Assembly: GCF_030684315.1 (NCBI RefSeq)
Contig: NC_081387.1
Coordinates: 11,324,867 to 11,388,866 of the forward strand
DNA from: Stegostoma tigrinum
Lineage: Eukaryota
Length of the DNA stretch: 64,000 nt
Direction of reading: 5' to 3'
The notes beneath the pieces were generated by a model that was not told the DNA's origin, made no database searches, and was given only the letters and a program-made list of their open reading frames with translations. Made by a program: the position numbers and the translations under genes. Shown one piece after another: positions 53,601 through 64,000 of this stretch. Numbering within the stretch: the stretch's first letter is position 1; every line of letters starts with the position of its first letter.

Positions 53601-56600
53601 TGCGCACGCACATGTGCATACACAAGTCAACTTGCACATATGGATTGTGAGATCCTTGGCTGCACACGCTCTGACAATGTGTTTGTATCCCCGCAGGCTA
53701 CTAGCAAAGGCAAAATTCTTAAAATGGGTAAAGCTCTGAAAGGGGATTTCGTAAAAATCCCCATCCAACTGAGTACAGCCATGGTTCCTGCGTTCCGGCT
53801 AGTCACCTACTATTACGCCAATATCGAGGGCAATACGGAGATGGTGGCCAATTCTGCCTGGATTGATGTGAAGGATGTCTGTGAAGGCAAGGTGAGAGTA
53901 TTAGTGATAATGTGTGGCCTGGCCTTGTTCCGTAGGTGGGTTGAGGAGGAGGCCTCAATATTAGTCCATTTGTTGCAAAGGACAGCAAATGACCAATATT
54001 AAATGATCATCCTCAAAAAATGTCAAAAGCTTTTGCCTGCATATAGCAAAACTACAGTGCAAGGTTAAGTGACAGGAAAATTACAGGTTAAGAAGGCCAA
54101 ATACAAATATGGAGGAAGGAATTAGTCACTTACATACAAACAGGAGAAAAAAGAAATATCTATGTTATTCGACAACTTATTATTGGTAGTGAAACATTTT
54201 TAAAGTCTCCCTACCATCATTGGATGCAACCGTTCCAAAATCAGAAATTGCTGGAGAACCTCAGCATCTGTGGAGAGAAAGCAGAGTTAACATTTCGGCC
54301 TGGAAACACTTCCTTGTAGCTTGGGAAAGGTTGGTGCATATGCTAAAGATAGATGGTGGGGAAGAGAAGAAATGAGCAGATACTAGAGACAGTGGCCAGA
54401 GAGATAGGCAGATGGGAGATGGATACTAGCAAACTGGGAGAGAGAAAAGCTGACATCAATGAGGACCGTGAGTAGGTGAAAATGGGTTGACTGTGCTGTA
54501 AGTACTCCATGTCACTGGAGTGTAGGGTTGGGGTAAAAGACATGGAAGAAGGTGTTAAGGCTCTAAAATTATTGAACTAAGTATGCTTGCCAGAAGGCTG
54601 CAGGTTTCCCAAGTGAAAAATGAGGTGTTGCTCTTCTAGCTCATGCTGAGCTTCACTGGAGCACTGAAATAGAGCCTGAAATAAAGTTGTGTTGAAGTGG
54701 GAGGCAACTGGAAGCTCAGAGTCATTTATGAGGACACAAAATAGGTGTTCCACAAACCAGTCTCTGGGCTGTATCTTGTCTCCGTAGCGTAGAGGGGACC
54801 ACATTGTGAGCAGCGAATGCAGCAGACTTCACTGAGTGAAGCTTGGGTAAATTGCTGCTCCACCTGGAAGGTGTCTTTGGGCCCTTAGATAGTCAGAAGG
54901 GAGGAAGTAAATGGGCAGGTGTTACACCTTTGCTGGTTCTAGGGGTAAGTGCCATGGGGCTGTGGGGGAGGGTTGGGAAAGGAGGAGTGGTGGACCAGGA
55001 TGTCCCACAGGGAATGGCCCCTGCTGCAGACTCACAAGGGAGGGGAGGGAAATATGTGACTGGTGGTAACATCCCAAAGGACCTGGAAGCTTATAATTCT
55101 TTTCATTTCAATTTCTTTTAGTATCTAACCGTTTATCAGATAGAGTGCAAAGGAACCAAGCTTATTATTTGCTTAACATGAAAAGCGCACACCAATTATA
55201 TCAATGCTAATGAACTTTTATAACATCTGCCTTCATGTTTGTCTGCTGCTTCTGTTAGACTCTTGCTAGCATAGGAATTAATTTTCCTTTATTTCTGGCA
55301 TCAATTGAACCAGGAAAGTGTAGTGACGGAATGTGAGGAAAACTGCACAAAATGATTGCATGGTTCTCCCATGAGAGTTTCTTGCTGTTGCATTCAGGAA
55401 TATTATGTTACACCTCCAATAGAGATGGACTTCGGGCCTCCTAGCTTAGAGGCAGGGATGTTACCACTGTGCCACACAAACTCCCAGTAAATCAATCTGT
55501 TCAGATTACTGTGCTTTGAAGCAGGTGGGAATTAAACATGGCCCCCCTGGCTCAGAGATGGGGTCACTACCAAAGTAACACATAAGAGCCCTTCAAATCT
55601 TTGTGGCAGGCTTGTGATTGCGGCTTCCAAATAGCTTTCTTCTTTGACTTTGGCACCAATTGCATTGTGGTTCTAGTAACTTGCTACATTCCTCCAGATT
55701 CAGTGGAGATCCTTCAGAAACAGCTAGAGCACTCATCTAGATGTATCTTCTTTGGCTTAGCCTCTCTCCTGTGGCAGTTAGAGAGTCCAAAGAGATTTCA
55801 TAACATGCCAGGCTCCCCAACCTCATGTTGGGCTTTGTAGTGGACATGAGATGCAAAGACCAATGCTGCACATGAGTGGGTCACAGAATAGTTGGGAGAG
55901 GCTGGGTGGCCAGATATACTCCTGGGGAGCTCAGGTTCAAGTACTACCTGCTCCAGAGATGTGTATCTCTGAATAGCAAACAATATGGACAAAGTGGCTC
56001 AAATATGAGAGTTGACAGGATTATCAGTGGAGGTGGTGTTGAGTAGTCGGCCTGGTGTTGTGAAGGAAAATTGTGTGGTTCGTTACTTGACTGTCCAGCA
56101 TTATTGTGTTGTTTTGCCGCAGATTACAATAAAAGATATGCCCAATACATACAGACCAGGATCGGAGGTCAGTCTGCATATTAAAACTGAAGACCAAGGC
56201 AAACTGTCCCTGGGCATTGTGGATACAGCAGCCTATGTTCTCAATAGCAAGAACAGACTCAAACCCGTGAAAGTAAGTGAACTGCACTCCTGGTTCTTCA
56301 GGATTTGGAATTTTCTTTCTGAAAACCCTGCCATCGAACCGGAGCAATCTCAGCCCTCATCGTATCCGATAAAAATACCTCACACTGAGCAGACAAGAGC
56401 ATTGCATTATTTCTGGCATGTGCCACCCTTTCCGTCCAGTGGTATTTCATTTTTGTTTTACTGAGCAGTTATGTGAAAGTGTGCTATGTTTAGGACACTG
56501 TGTCATTGTTGCATTGTGTTGAGATCAATGATTTGTGAAACCAGAAAGTAGATTTGACAAGAATTTTGTCTTGTGCACGCTGGTAGGTATTTGAGATGAA

Positions 56601-59600
56601 TCACCTTCCAGTGGTATCCATGCAGATGCCATGCCCACAATTGGCTATGGGACGTCTTCATAAATGCCGATTGTCTCCATTGCTGTGAGTTGGAAAATTC
56701 TCTACCTGCAATAGCCAGAATACTATTCAGGTATGTGCTGCTCAGGGTAGTAGTAACAAGGTACATCTATTGTGTCTTGTAACATCCTCCTAGTCATAAG
56801 GTCCATTGTAAATAGAGCTGCTGCCAAGGCAGTAAATAGCTCAATTGACTGGATTGATGCTCTATAATACAGCATAGCATCAACAGTGTGAGTTCAATTT
56901 CTGCACTGATTGAGGCTATTGAGATGGGCCGTCCTTCTCAACCTCTCCATTTGCCTGAGTGCTGTAACTCTCAAATTAACTGACCACCAGTCATCGCTGC
57001 CTCGAATGGTGGCAACTTCACCTTACTCTCAGCAACCACGTGAGTGAAATGTTCAAAATACACTTTTTGCTTCTGAGTAGGTCTTTGAGGAGATGAATTC
57101 TTATGACCTTGGATGCACTTATGGAGGTGGTGCTAACAGTGTTGGTGTTTTCATGGATGCTGGGCTGACGTTTATTTCCAATGTTCACACGTCGGAAATT
57201 CGAACTGGTAAGCCAAAAAAACAGGAAAAAGATGACATTTCAGATCTCGATACAATGTCGTAAGCACACGGAAGTAAGAAACTAGAGTGCAATGTTGTGG
57301 TCAGCAACAGTCTTTAAAACTGATACAACAGAAAACCTGCTCACGAATATACCTTGCTTGGAAAGTGCTCGTTAAAGTTTTCAACATTTGCAGCGGGCAA
57401 GACGACATGATCTGTCTTTGCAAAGCAAAAATAAGATCATCTAAATCCTCACTGTACAAGTGGGGACCTAGGTGAGAAACAGCAAGTCATCCCACATAAA
57501 TCTGAGTCAGTGGCAAAGTGATTCTGTAGGTCTCAGCTAGAATTCTGGTCACTATGCATTCCCAAGTTGTTAATGCATTGGAGAAAATGCGATGGACAAC
57601 TTGGAGAGTAGTACAAGAATGTATAGATGCCAACTGCGCAAAATAAATTGAGAACCTAAGATTGTTCTTTTCAAGGAAAAAAAAACACTCAGGAGCAGAT
57701 TTAATATGGCTATTTATGAGACATGGAATGGATGCAGGTTATAGTGTAGAGGGGGCCATTTTGCCCATTGGGTCACTGTCAGCCCACAGCAAGATCAACC
57801 CAGCTATTCCCATTCCTCCCTCTTCTCCTTACTGTTTCTGTCACTACACTTATGGTTCTTTTGCTCTGGTTCAGGTTTGTACTGTTTGGAGTTTAGAAGA
57901 CTGGGGGGAGATCTTATTAAAATATTTTAGATTGCTATGGGGTTTGAGAGAGTAGATATGGAGAGGTGTGGCTGCACCTTGTGGGAGAGCCTCAGCCTAA
58001 GGGGTCACCCTTTTCAGACAAAGGTGAGGAGGACTTTTTCTTTCTTCCAGAGGGCAGCGAATCTGGTGAATTCTTTACCACAGGGGGCTGTCGAGATTGG
58101 CCATGAAGCAGATTCACGGCTGAGGCAGATTGGTAATCTTTCGCGAAATCGAGGCTTGCAGGGAAAAGGTAGCAAGGTGAAGCTGAGGATGACCAAATCA
58201 TCCACTGAATGGCAGAGTTGACTCATTGGGCTGAACAGCCTATTTCGTCTCCTATTTGGGAGTTGGCTAAGTTCCTAGCCAAGGTTGTCTCTGCCCCAAC
58301 CCTACTCTCATGTAGAGTCCTCCAGGTCCTAACCACTTACCTTAATGAGACATTCTATTTTCAAATTTCTTGGCAACCTTAAGCTCTTCTGCCATTTCCC
58401 TTCAGATTCTTCAATCTTCCACCAATGGAAGCAATGTTTCCTACTAGTCTAAACTGAGTATGATGTTTTAGTAAAGCTGTCAAACTACTCTGTGAAGTAA
58501 AGTAAGGTGATTCCTGGAGTAGAATTCCCAAACAACCAAAAGAGGTCATTCAGCCCATTGATCTACACCAACTCTCCAAAGAGCATCCTGTTCAGATCTG
58601 CTCCATTCCCATTACCCTGTATTTCCCGTGGATAACCCAACCTAACCTGCACATCTTTGGGCTGTGGGAGGAAACTGGAGCACCCGGAGGAAACCCACGT
58701 AGGCACGGGGAGAATGTGCAAACTCGACGCAGACAGTCACCCGAAGGTGGAATCGAACCTGTGTACCTGGCGCTGTGAGGTAGCAGCACTAAATACTGAA
58801 CCACCATGCCACACTAAATGGTGAGAAGTTAAGCAATAACAGAAGGAAACCAAGAGGCACACATTTGAGATGAACACAGCAGGCCAAGCAGCATCTTAGA
58901 AGCACAAAAGCTGACGTTTCGGCCCGAGACCCTTCATCAGAAATGGGGGTGGGGAAGAGGGTTCTGAAATAAATAGGGAGCGAGGGGGAGGAGGATCAAA
59001 GATGGAAAGAGGAGAAGATAGGTGGAGAGGAGGCAGACAAGTTAATGAGGCTGGGATGGAGCCAGTAAAGGTACTGTATGTGGGGAGTTAGGGAAGGGAT
59101 AGATCAGTCCAGGGAGAACGGACTGATCAAGGGGGCGGGATGAGGTTAGTAGGCAGGAGATGGGGGTGGGGCTTGAGGTGGGAGGAGTGGATAGGTGGGA
59201 GGAAGGACAGGTTAGGGAGGCGGCGACTAGCTGAGCGGGATTTGGGATGCGGTCGGGGGGAGGGGAGATTTTGAAGCTTGTGAAATCCACATTGATACCA
59301 TTGGGTTTCAGGGTTCCCAAGCGGAATATGAGTTTCTGTTCCTGCAACCTTCGGGTGGCATCATTGTGGCACTGCAGGAGGCCCAGGAATCAAGGGTTAC
59401 AGGTATAGGGCAGGAAAGGATCATCAAATCAGCCATGATCCTATTGAATAGTGGAATGGGCTTAAGGAGCTGAACAGCTACCTCTGTTCATAGTTATTCA
59501 ATTCTAAGAACAAACAGTTCATTCCTGTAAGGGGGCATACAGACTGGCATGACCAAATGCGTTCCTACTCTGTTCAATGATCTAGTGAGCATACGTGATT

Positions 59601-60916
59601 CAGATAAGTGGATTTAGCTGCAAAGAACTGGGAGGCAGTGCATGTGGGTGAGGGAATACATGGCCAGGTGGGTGTCCGTGTTAGGTTTGTTGGGTGAGCA
59701 AACAAGGGTGGGATGATGACATGCCAGGCAATGTGGCAATCCTGGTTGGGTGGCATGGTGGCACAATGGGGAGGACTTGAAGGGTAGATTGGACAACTGG
59801 GTACATAAGGGGACACAGTGGACAGGAAGCAAGCTGGCAGAGTGGATAGGGTAGTTGGACTAGCAGAGGGGAGAGTGGATACTGCCAGGTGAGGTAATAT
59901 GTGATAAGTGGGCAGAGAGGGGCCGGGCACTGATCATATTGAGCCGGATATTGATGGTGGGGGGGAGTCAGGTTGGGCCTAAGGGTGATACAAGGAGGCA
60001 GCTCAGAGTTGGCTGGGAGGAAAGGGGTCTGGCAAGGCAAAGGGGGATATTAGATCGTGCAGGGGTTGGCTGGGATCGGGCTCAGAGGAAAATCAGTCAT
60101 GGGGAGGAAGGGGAGGCTGTTGCTGGTGGGTGTCAATCCCAGGTTTGAGTAGTTATGCAATGGGAGGGTATGATGGAACAGCCTTCATGATTGGTGAGTC
60201 AGATATTACCAAGAGGAAGGAGTTTGAGCAGCTCTTCATTAATGCCACCCTTCCAGCTGACCTATTCAGGGAGGAATCCACGGCAGCTTCCAACTGTAAC
60301 TCAAGAGTGGGGAATACAATAGGTTCCAGGTGCCAGGGTACTGCCTCTCAGAAGTTAAACTGTTGTAAACATTCCAAGTGGTCGGGAATTGAATCCTTCA
60401 GGATTGGTCCAATCTCCAACTGCCCAGAGTCCCAAAGATCTGGGCCATAGCTTAGAAACATAGGAGTAGGCCACTCAGCCTGTCGAATCTGCTCCACCAT
60501 TCAATAAAATCATGGTTGATCACCCAATTCAGCACCACGCTCCCACTTTCCTCCCTATCCCTTGTGGCCCTTCATGCTAAAAACTATATTTTTATTCAAC
60601 TCTCATTGAATACATCTGAGGAATGAAGCAGATAGCCATTATCAATCTTCAGCTAGCTACTGGATTCTATGAGGCGATATGAAAGATGTACATCCGCTCT
60701 CACCTTGAGTCTATAAGGTTTCTTATTTCAATAACTGGGTTATAAATATTAATATTTCTTTTTAATATCACATCTGTAGAATTGGTCAATACAAACATGC
60801 GTGATCCAGATGATGTCTCCTTTATTTTTCATTAATCCTTACAGGATATTCCTGCAAAACAGATAACAAAAGGATGAAAAGATCATTGGACATTCAACAA
60901 CAGTATATGGGAAAAG
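26620..60916 (+). CDS. C4: Complement C4, 5' part (exons 1-16; signal peptide, beta chain, start of alpha chain); continues beyond window
   Basis: 16 GT-AG exons with matching phases give 1999 nt (666 codons) without stops. C4-type motifs: [28 protein letters not shown]...RGLE, GEMEESE...VSSPYVIDLSKT, VFEEMNSYDLGC.GGG, RMKR. These resemble mammalian C4 (GEMEEAE, VFEAMNSYDLGC) rather than C3 (GSDMVQAE, IWDVVEKADIGC). Confidence 0.93.
27514..31420 (-). mobile_element. Long CR1 LINE in C4 intron 1, split by a nested CR1
   Basis: ORF2 pieces at 29318-31076 ([21 protein letters not shown]); 3' end with (cttatggt)n tail at 27514-27700. Confidence 0.93.
27700..29145 (+). mobile_element. Nested young CR1 LINE
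   Basis: RT ORFs 27643-28743 and 28575-29048 separated by one frameshift; (ttctatg)n tail; gtacc at both junctions. Confidence 0.95.
32191..32383 (+). CDS. C4: C4 exon 2 (YLITAPNIIHVGVPETIAIQL...KDIV)
   Basis: ttttccctag acceptor, gtaagt donor; N-terminal MG1 motif of the C3/C4/C5 family. Confidence 0.92.
33022..33202 (+). CDS. C4: C4 exon 3 (ALPRRIK...[21 protein letters not shown])
   Basis: ccccacag acceptor, gtgag donor; [11 protein letters not shown] signature. Confidence 0.93.
33824..34155 (-). mobile_element. Penelope-like element 3' region
   Basis: Family A terminus plus purine-rich UTR matching 58868-59260. Confidence 0.75.
35219..35289 (+). CDS. C4: C4 exon 4 (VQFRIFTLDRYMRPVDETIKITTY)
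   Basis: ttacag acceptor, gtaagt donor; phase 1 to 0. Confidence 0.92.
35480..35700 (+). mobile_element. Decayed HE1-type SINE
   Basis: gtggttagcatactacctcacagcacc head and V-domain. Confidence 0.75.
36790..36875 (+). CDS. C4: C4 exon 5 (NSRDMRFPSYLLNSKYGLFQKLKIPGIAK)
   Basis: tcctgttag acceptor, gtgag donor; phase 0 to 2 fits neighbours. Confidence 0.85.
37110..37850 (+). mobile_element. CR1/L2-group LINE 3' fragment
   Basis: ILGITIDWKLN...LSTICKGQIRNVLE remnant; ggactgcagtggttcaagaaggc tail. Confidence 0.7.
38015..38827 (-). mobile_element. Possible solo LTR with an inserted HE1 3' fragment (38630-38780)
   Basis: TG...CA ends, TATA (ggtataaaagg) and AATAAA on the minus strand; no TSD found. 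Confidence 0.3.
38912..38994 (+). CDS. C4: C4 exon 6 (PGIWRIEAQFDDSPMSMASAQFEVKEF)
   Basis: caacag acceptor, gtaat donor; PG.W.I.A.F and FEVKE motifs. Confidence 0.92.
39213..39350. repeat. Tandem duplication, 2 x 67 bp
   Basis: actaaccacagatggtcataagtgca...gaaa repeated at 39213 and 39280 with about 3 mismatches. Confidence 0.9.
39545..40012 (+). mobile_element. CR1 3' fragment
   Basis: SYEERLDRLGLISL...GDLIEVY. Confidence 0.85.
40616..40703 (+). CDS. C4: C4 exon 7 (VLPSFSVVVNLEHAFYLVTKAEFKFDISAQ)
   Basis: tttcttag acceptor, gtaagt donor; VLPSF motif. Confidence 0.92.
41490..42682 (+). mobile_element. CR1 LINE fragment
   Basis: SGVPQRLVLGPLLF..YINDLD, KFAGDTK, LRGDIIEVY. Confidence 0.9.
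43015..43530 (+). mobile_element. CR1 3' fragment
   Basis: LFSLEFRRLSGNLIEV. Confidence 0.8.
43592..43697 (+). CDS. C4: C4 exon 8 ([35 protein letters not shown])
   Basis: ttttaaag acceptor, gtgaga donor; YGK.V.G.AYVRFG motif. Confidence 0.92.
44240..44702 (+). mobile_element. Rex1/Babar-like LINE 3' end
   Basis: CITAWYGNCSAQGRKKLQRVVNS and RFKNSFFP motifs; aataaa...caaatcaaa tail. Confidence 0.75.
45417..45546 (+). CDS. C4: C4 exon 9 (IKRGSVESSL...GYHLYMAVTVFETA)
   Basis: ttcctag acceptor, gtaagt donor; phase 0 to 1. Confidence 0.9.
46025..46243. mobile_element. Fold-back element family A, diverged
   Basis: Inverted termini; CTGAAGA...GAAACGTC on minus strand 46125-46152; flanking ccg(t)acagatggag repeat. 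Confidence 0.7.
47275..47700 (-). mobile_element. Decayed CR1 3' fragment
   Basis: RVRGDLVVTC..L..I.RVD remnant. Confidence 0.55.
48150..48450 (+). mobile_element. HE1-type SINE
   Basis: gggcagcaccgtggttcagtggttagtactgct head and V-domain. Confidence 0.8.
48526..48641 (+). CDS. C4: C4 exon 10 (SGEMEESEVKNVKLVSSPYVIDLSKTRDYFIPRFPFYVL)
   Basis: ccctgcag acceptor, gtaagt donor. Confidence 0.93.
49570..49716 (+). CDS. C4: C4 exon 11 (AKVTYPDGTPASGVPVRL...FNIK)
   Basis: ttttgcag acceptor, gtgag donor; PDG.PA.GVPV motif. Confidence 0.92.
50915..51380 (+). mobile_element. CR1 3' fragment
   Basis: gaatgagaggagatctaattgag...ttctctcaaagagtc...gtggaatgcactacc. Confidence 0.75.
52020..52300 (+). mobile_element. 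HE1-type SINE, 5'-truncated
   Basis: V-domain and tttccacactgta tail. Confidence 0.8.
52472..52870 (-). mobile_element. CR1 3' fragment
   Basis: SLECWRLRADLIQNYKMM. Confidence 0.8.
53206..53394 (+). CDS. C4: C4 exon 12 (VIAGDGAE...KRYLNINVP...HYYYI)
   Basis: gtgctag acceptor, gtgagt donor. Confidence 0.9.
53697..53891 (+). CDS. C4: C4 exon 13 (ATSKGKIL...MVPAFRLVTYY...VANSAWIDVKDVCEGK)
   Basis: cccgcag acceptor, gtgag donor; contains the CEG cysteine expected to form the beta-alpha disulfide. Confidence 0.93.
54238..55070 (-). mobile_element. Penelope-like element, GIY-YIG endonuclease remnant and 3' end
   Basis: Minus strand VCCIRCSQCGPLYATET (YIGET-like), EHL, LPVASHFN, LEEQHLIFHLGNLQPSG; family B-type tail. 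Confidence 0.8.
56123..56272 (+). CDS. C4: C4 exon 14 (ITIKDMPNTYRPGSEV...LGIVDTAAYVLNSKNRLKPVK)
   Basis: gccgcag acceptor, gtaagt donor. Confidence 0.92.
57081..57207 (+). CDS. C4: C4 exon 15 (VFEEMNSYDLGCTYGGGANSVGVFMDAGLTFIS...)
   Basis: gagtag acceptor, gtaagc donor; linker-domain motif. Confidence 0.93.
57875..58255 (+). mobile_element. CR1 3' fragment; likely resumes at about 59388-59500
   Basis: FFQRAANLVNSLPQGAVE. Confidence 0.7.
58540..58813 (-). mobile_element. HE1-type SINE
   Basis: A/B boxes and V-domain. Confidence 0.88.
58868..59388 (-). mobile_element. Penelope-like element 3' end: endonuclease C-terminus, UTR and hammerhead-like core
   Basis: LGLLQCHNDATRRLQEQKLIFRLGTLKPNGINVDFTSF, pyrimidine-rich UTR, then CTGATGA...GAAACGTC (58913-58940) and the family A terminus. 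Confidence 0.85.
60845..60916 (+). CDS. C4: C4 exon 16 (GYSCKTDNKRMKRSLDIQQQYMGK), beta/alpha junction
   Basis: ccttacag acceptor, gtaag donor; furin-type RMKR at 60871-60882. Confidence 0.9.
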
Positions 60917-61149
60917 GTAAGAATGCACCTTTATCTTCGATGCATTGAATGTCAAAACATGTTCGTCTTTGCATTTAAAAGAAATATTTAAGATGGGGTT
61001 TAATGTGGAATATATGCAAGGTATAGCACAGAAGCTGATGTACACTGTACCTTTGACTGAAAAGCAGTAGAGATGGAGTTGTTTTAACAACTGGCAAAAA
61101 CAGATGAAAAGTAACCCTTGGTGAATTGTTCCCATTGTGTGCACTGCCT

Positions 61150-61500
61150 GACAGAGTAGACAGGATCAACACAGGCAGGGTGTTCACGATGAGGAATCCA
61201 GATCCAGGGATCACAGACTGAGAATATGGGGTAGACCATTTAGGACTGAGATGAGGAGAAATTTCTTCACCCAGAGAGTGTTCAGCCAGTGGAGTTTGCT
61301 ACTGTAGAAAGTGGCTGAAGCCAAAACATTGAACGTTTTCAAAAGGAGTTAGATATAGTTCTTCAGGATAAAGGGAGCAAAGGATATGGGACTTCGGTTG
61401 GGCACAGGGTACTGAGTAGGATGATCAAGAATGGTCATATTGAATGGTGGAGCAGTCTCAAAGGGCTGAATGGCCTGGTCCTGTTCCTAGTCTCAATGTT
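61150..61500 (+). mobile_element. CR1 3' fragment
   Basis: tttaggactgagatgaggagaaatttcttcacccagagagtg. Confidence 0.8.
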
Positions 61501-61904
61501 TACATATCCCATCCCATTATTTTGTTGGAAGTAAAATGGTAAAATGGTGCATAATGGGTGACCTGTTCGATATCAGACAGCTTGCCTCAGCAACTAACAT
61601 TCAGTTGTACCTGCTGTAATCTTAGCACATAAATATTAAACAGAATGTTTGTGTTTGATGCAATCTTCCACTTGAAATACTTCACAAATATTACACAATG
61701 GCAGTGAGTGGGATATTATGTTTGACTTTCAGTGACAGAGTGAATCACATGCTTTCAACTCGTCAACTCTGTCTCTTGTGGCCGAAGATTTCAGTTACGC
61801 AGTGCTATTCAGTCAGCCAACGTGAAACTGATCGTGAATCAGCTGAACTGCTCTCCTCCACGAGGTCAATGGAGATTTCAAGGGTGTATATTTTGATTTG
61901 TAAT

Positions 61905-62585
61905 TATAGAGTCATAGAAATGCACAACATGGAAATAGATCTTTTGGTCCAGCTCGCCCACGCTGACTAGATATCCTAAACTGATTTATCCCCATCTGCC
62001 AGCATTTGGCTCATATCGTCCAAACCTTTCCTATTTATATTCCCATGCAAATAGCTTGTAAATGTTGTAATTGTACCAGCCTCCACCACTTCCTCTGACA
62101 GCTCATTCCATACACGCACTACCGTCTGTGTGAAAAAGTTGCTCCTCAAGTCCCTTTTAAATTTTTCTCACCTTAAACCTCTGCCCTCTAGTTTTGGACT
62201 CCCCTACCCTGGGAAAATGACCTTAGCTATTCACCCTATCCATGCCCCTCATGATTTTATAAACTTCTGTTAGGTCACCCCTCAGCCTCCAACACTCCAG
62301 AGAAAATAGCCCCAGTCTATTCAGCCTCTCCCTCAAGGTCAAGCCCTCTGACCCTGGCAACATCCTTGTAAATCTTGTCAAAACTCTTTCAAATTTAACA
62401 ACATCCTTCCGATAGCGGGGAGACCAGAACTGAACACAGTATCCTGAAAGTAGCCTAAATAATGTCCAGTACCACTGCAACATGATCTCCTGAGCCCTAT
62501 GCTCAACACACTGATCAATAAAGGGAAGCGTACCAGATGCCTTCCTCACAACCCTGTCTCCTTACTACTCCAATTTCAAGGAAGT
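61905..62585 (-). mobile_element. CR1 3' fragment
   Basis: YCVQFWSPRYRKDVVKFERV...LRGDLTEVYKIMRG. Confidence 0.9.
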
Positions 62586-62914
62586 ACACATCTAGCGTGA
62601 ATGAAAACACACATTTCAGCTTCATCCTGATACCAATGGGCCTTACTACCCACTCGGAATCTTGGAACCTCTTGAGATTGAGTTCTCACTAAAATGACAG
62701 TTGAAGCTTCTTCATCCACATATGCTTGCGCATATCCAGGAGTTGGTGTGATGGCACGACAGTCTGAAGTGTTTACTCTTCAAAGTGTGTGAAATTAAGT
62801 TCCAACACCTTACAGAAGTGTTTCAAAACTCATGAGGCAACTGTTCATTTATTAGACAGGCTGCGGTTAAGCCTCATGAGCAAAAAACACCCAGATCTCT
62901 AAGCAGATCTGATC

Positions 62915-63205
62915 ATAGACTCACTATACCGCAGAAAGAGGCCATTTGGCTCATTAATTCTAGCAAATGCCTGAAGAGCATCTCAACCAGACTCCTACCT
63001 TATGCCCATAACCCCAAATTTCCCATGGACAACTCACCCAACCTGCACACCTTTGGACCATGGGAGGATACTGGAGCACCCCGAGGAAACCCCCACAGGC
63101 ACAGGGAGAATGTGAAAACTCCACACACACGCAGTTGCCTGAGGGTGGAATCGAATCCAGGTGCCTGGTGCTATGAGGCATCTGTGCTAACCACTGAGCC
63201 ACCAT
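62915..63205 (-). mobile_element. HE1-type SINE
   Basis: gtggctcagtggttagcac head and V-domain. Confidence 0.85.
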
Positions 63206-63369
63206 ATAAACGAAGCCTGAGCAATGTGCTGCCAAGGTTAAATCCATTGCCCTCTATCTCAGTGATGGGACGGTTGTTTTAATGGGTGAAACCAAGTCCA
63301 TTTGAAATGATGGCACCAGGGACAAGCACTTGGTACTTTCTACAGAAATGGCACTATGATTTAAGAGAT

Positions 63370-63570
63370 AAGAGCAGAGGTAGGCCATTCAGCCCATCGA
63401 GTCTGCTGTGCCATTCAATGAGATCATGGCTGAACTCCACTTTCCTGACTTTTCCCCATAACCCTTGATTTCCCCTTATTGATTAAAAACCTGTCCATCT
63501 CAACCTTGAATACACTCAATGACACAGTTTCTGCAGTGCTCTGTAATAAAGAATGTTACAGATCCACAAA
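63370..63570 (-). mobile_element. CR1 3' fragment
   Basis: aggccattcagcccatcgagtctgct...ccattcaatgagatcatggctga. Confidence 0.7.
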
Positions 63571-64000
63571 TCTGTCTTCATAGGCGACCTCTTATTCAGG
63601 CACAAGGATAGTGTTACAGCAATCTCTTCAAAAGTGTCTGTTGCATTCTAATTTGCAATAAAACATGATGAAACGACAAGTATCATTTTGGAATATAGAA
63701 CCAATAGCATTGAGGCAGATCAATTTTGGTCCATGCTGGGAAGGCTCTAAGGCAAGAGAATGTGGTTAGAAAGATTCGAATTGTTTGAAGTGAGAGAGCT
63801 TAGGCCATCAGACAATAAAAGAAGCTGGAAAGCATTTAAGAAATGGAGAGCAGAATGATATTAGTTAGGATTGAGTATCTGTAATGGATGATGCTGGGAA
63901 ACAGATTCCAATTTTATTTTGCTGCTTGTGTTAGGTTTTATTTAACTGTTGTATACAAAAAATACTCTCATATACATAGCTTTGAATGTGTCTTCGTTCT

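Noticed and set aside
26620-60916. C3, C5 or alpha-2-macroglobulin identity
   Set aside because: Motifs in exons 8, 10 and 15 match C4 better
60917-64000. C4 exon 17 (anaphylatoxin CC.DG motif)
   Set aside because: Not found; presumably lies beyond the window end

Overview
Eukaryotic, repeat-rich vertebrate DNA, almost certainly from a cartilaginous fish (HE1/V-SINEs, HER1/CR1-type LINEs and Penelope-like remnants typical of sharks; the organism is inferred). Two spliced immune genes lie head-to-head with start codons about 5.4 kb apart. (1) Plus strand: the first 16 exons of complement C4 (26620-60916). They join through canonical GT-AG introns into 666 stop-free codons covering the signal peptide, the whole beta chain and the RMKR beta/alpha processing site; the gene continues past the window. 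(2) Minus strand: an NKp30/NCR3-like receptor with a leader exon (21185-21227), one germline-joined VJ-type Ig exon (17774-18112) and an Arg-containing transmembrane exon (13903-14022); its cytoplasmic exons are uncertain. This pairing marks an MHC class III-type region. The rest is mostly CR1 LINE fragments (some nested, one with an open RT frame), HE1 SINEs, Tx1- and Rex1-like 3' ends, and Penelope GIY-YIG remnants. The most unusual non-coding signal is a set of short fold-back elements built from the Penelope 3' end. They carry minimal hammerhead-ribozyme-like cores (CUGANGA...GAAAC-GUH) and consistent ~15-bp target-site duplications. There is a 194-nt assembly gap at 11527-11720. All exon calls were read by eye; no database search was run.
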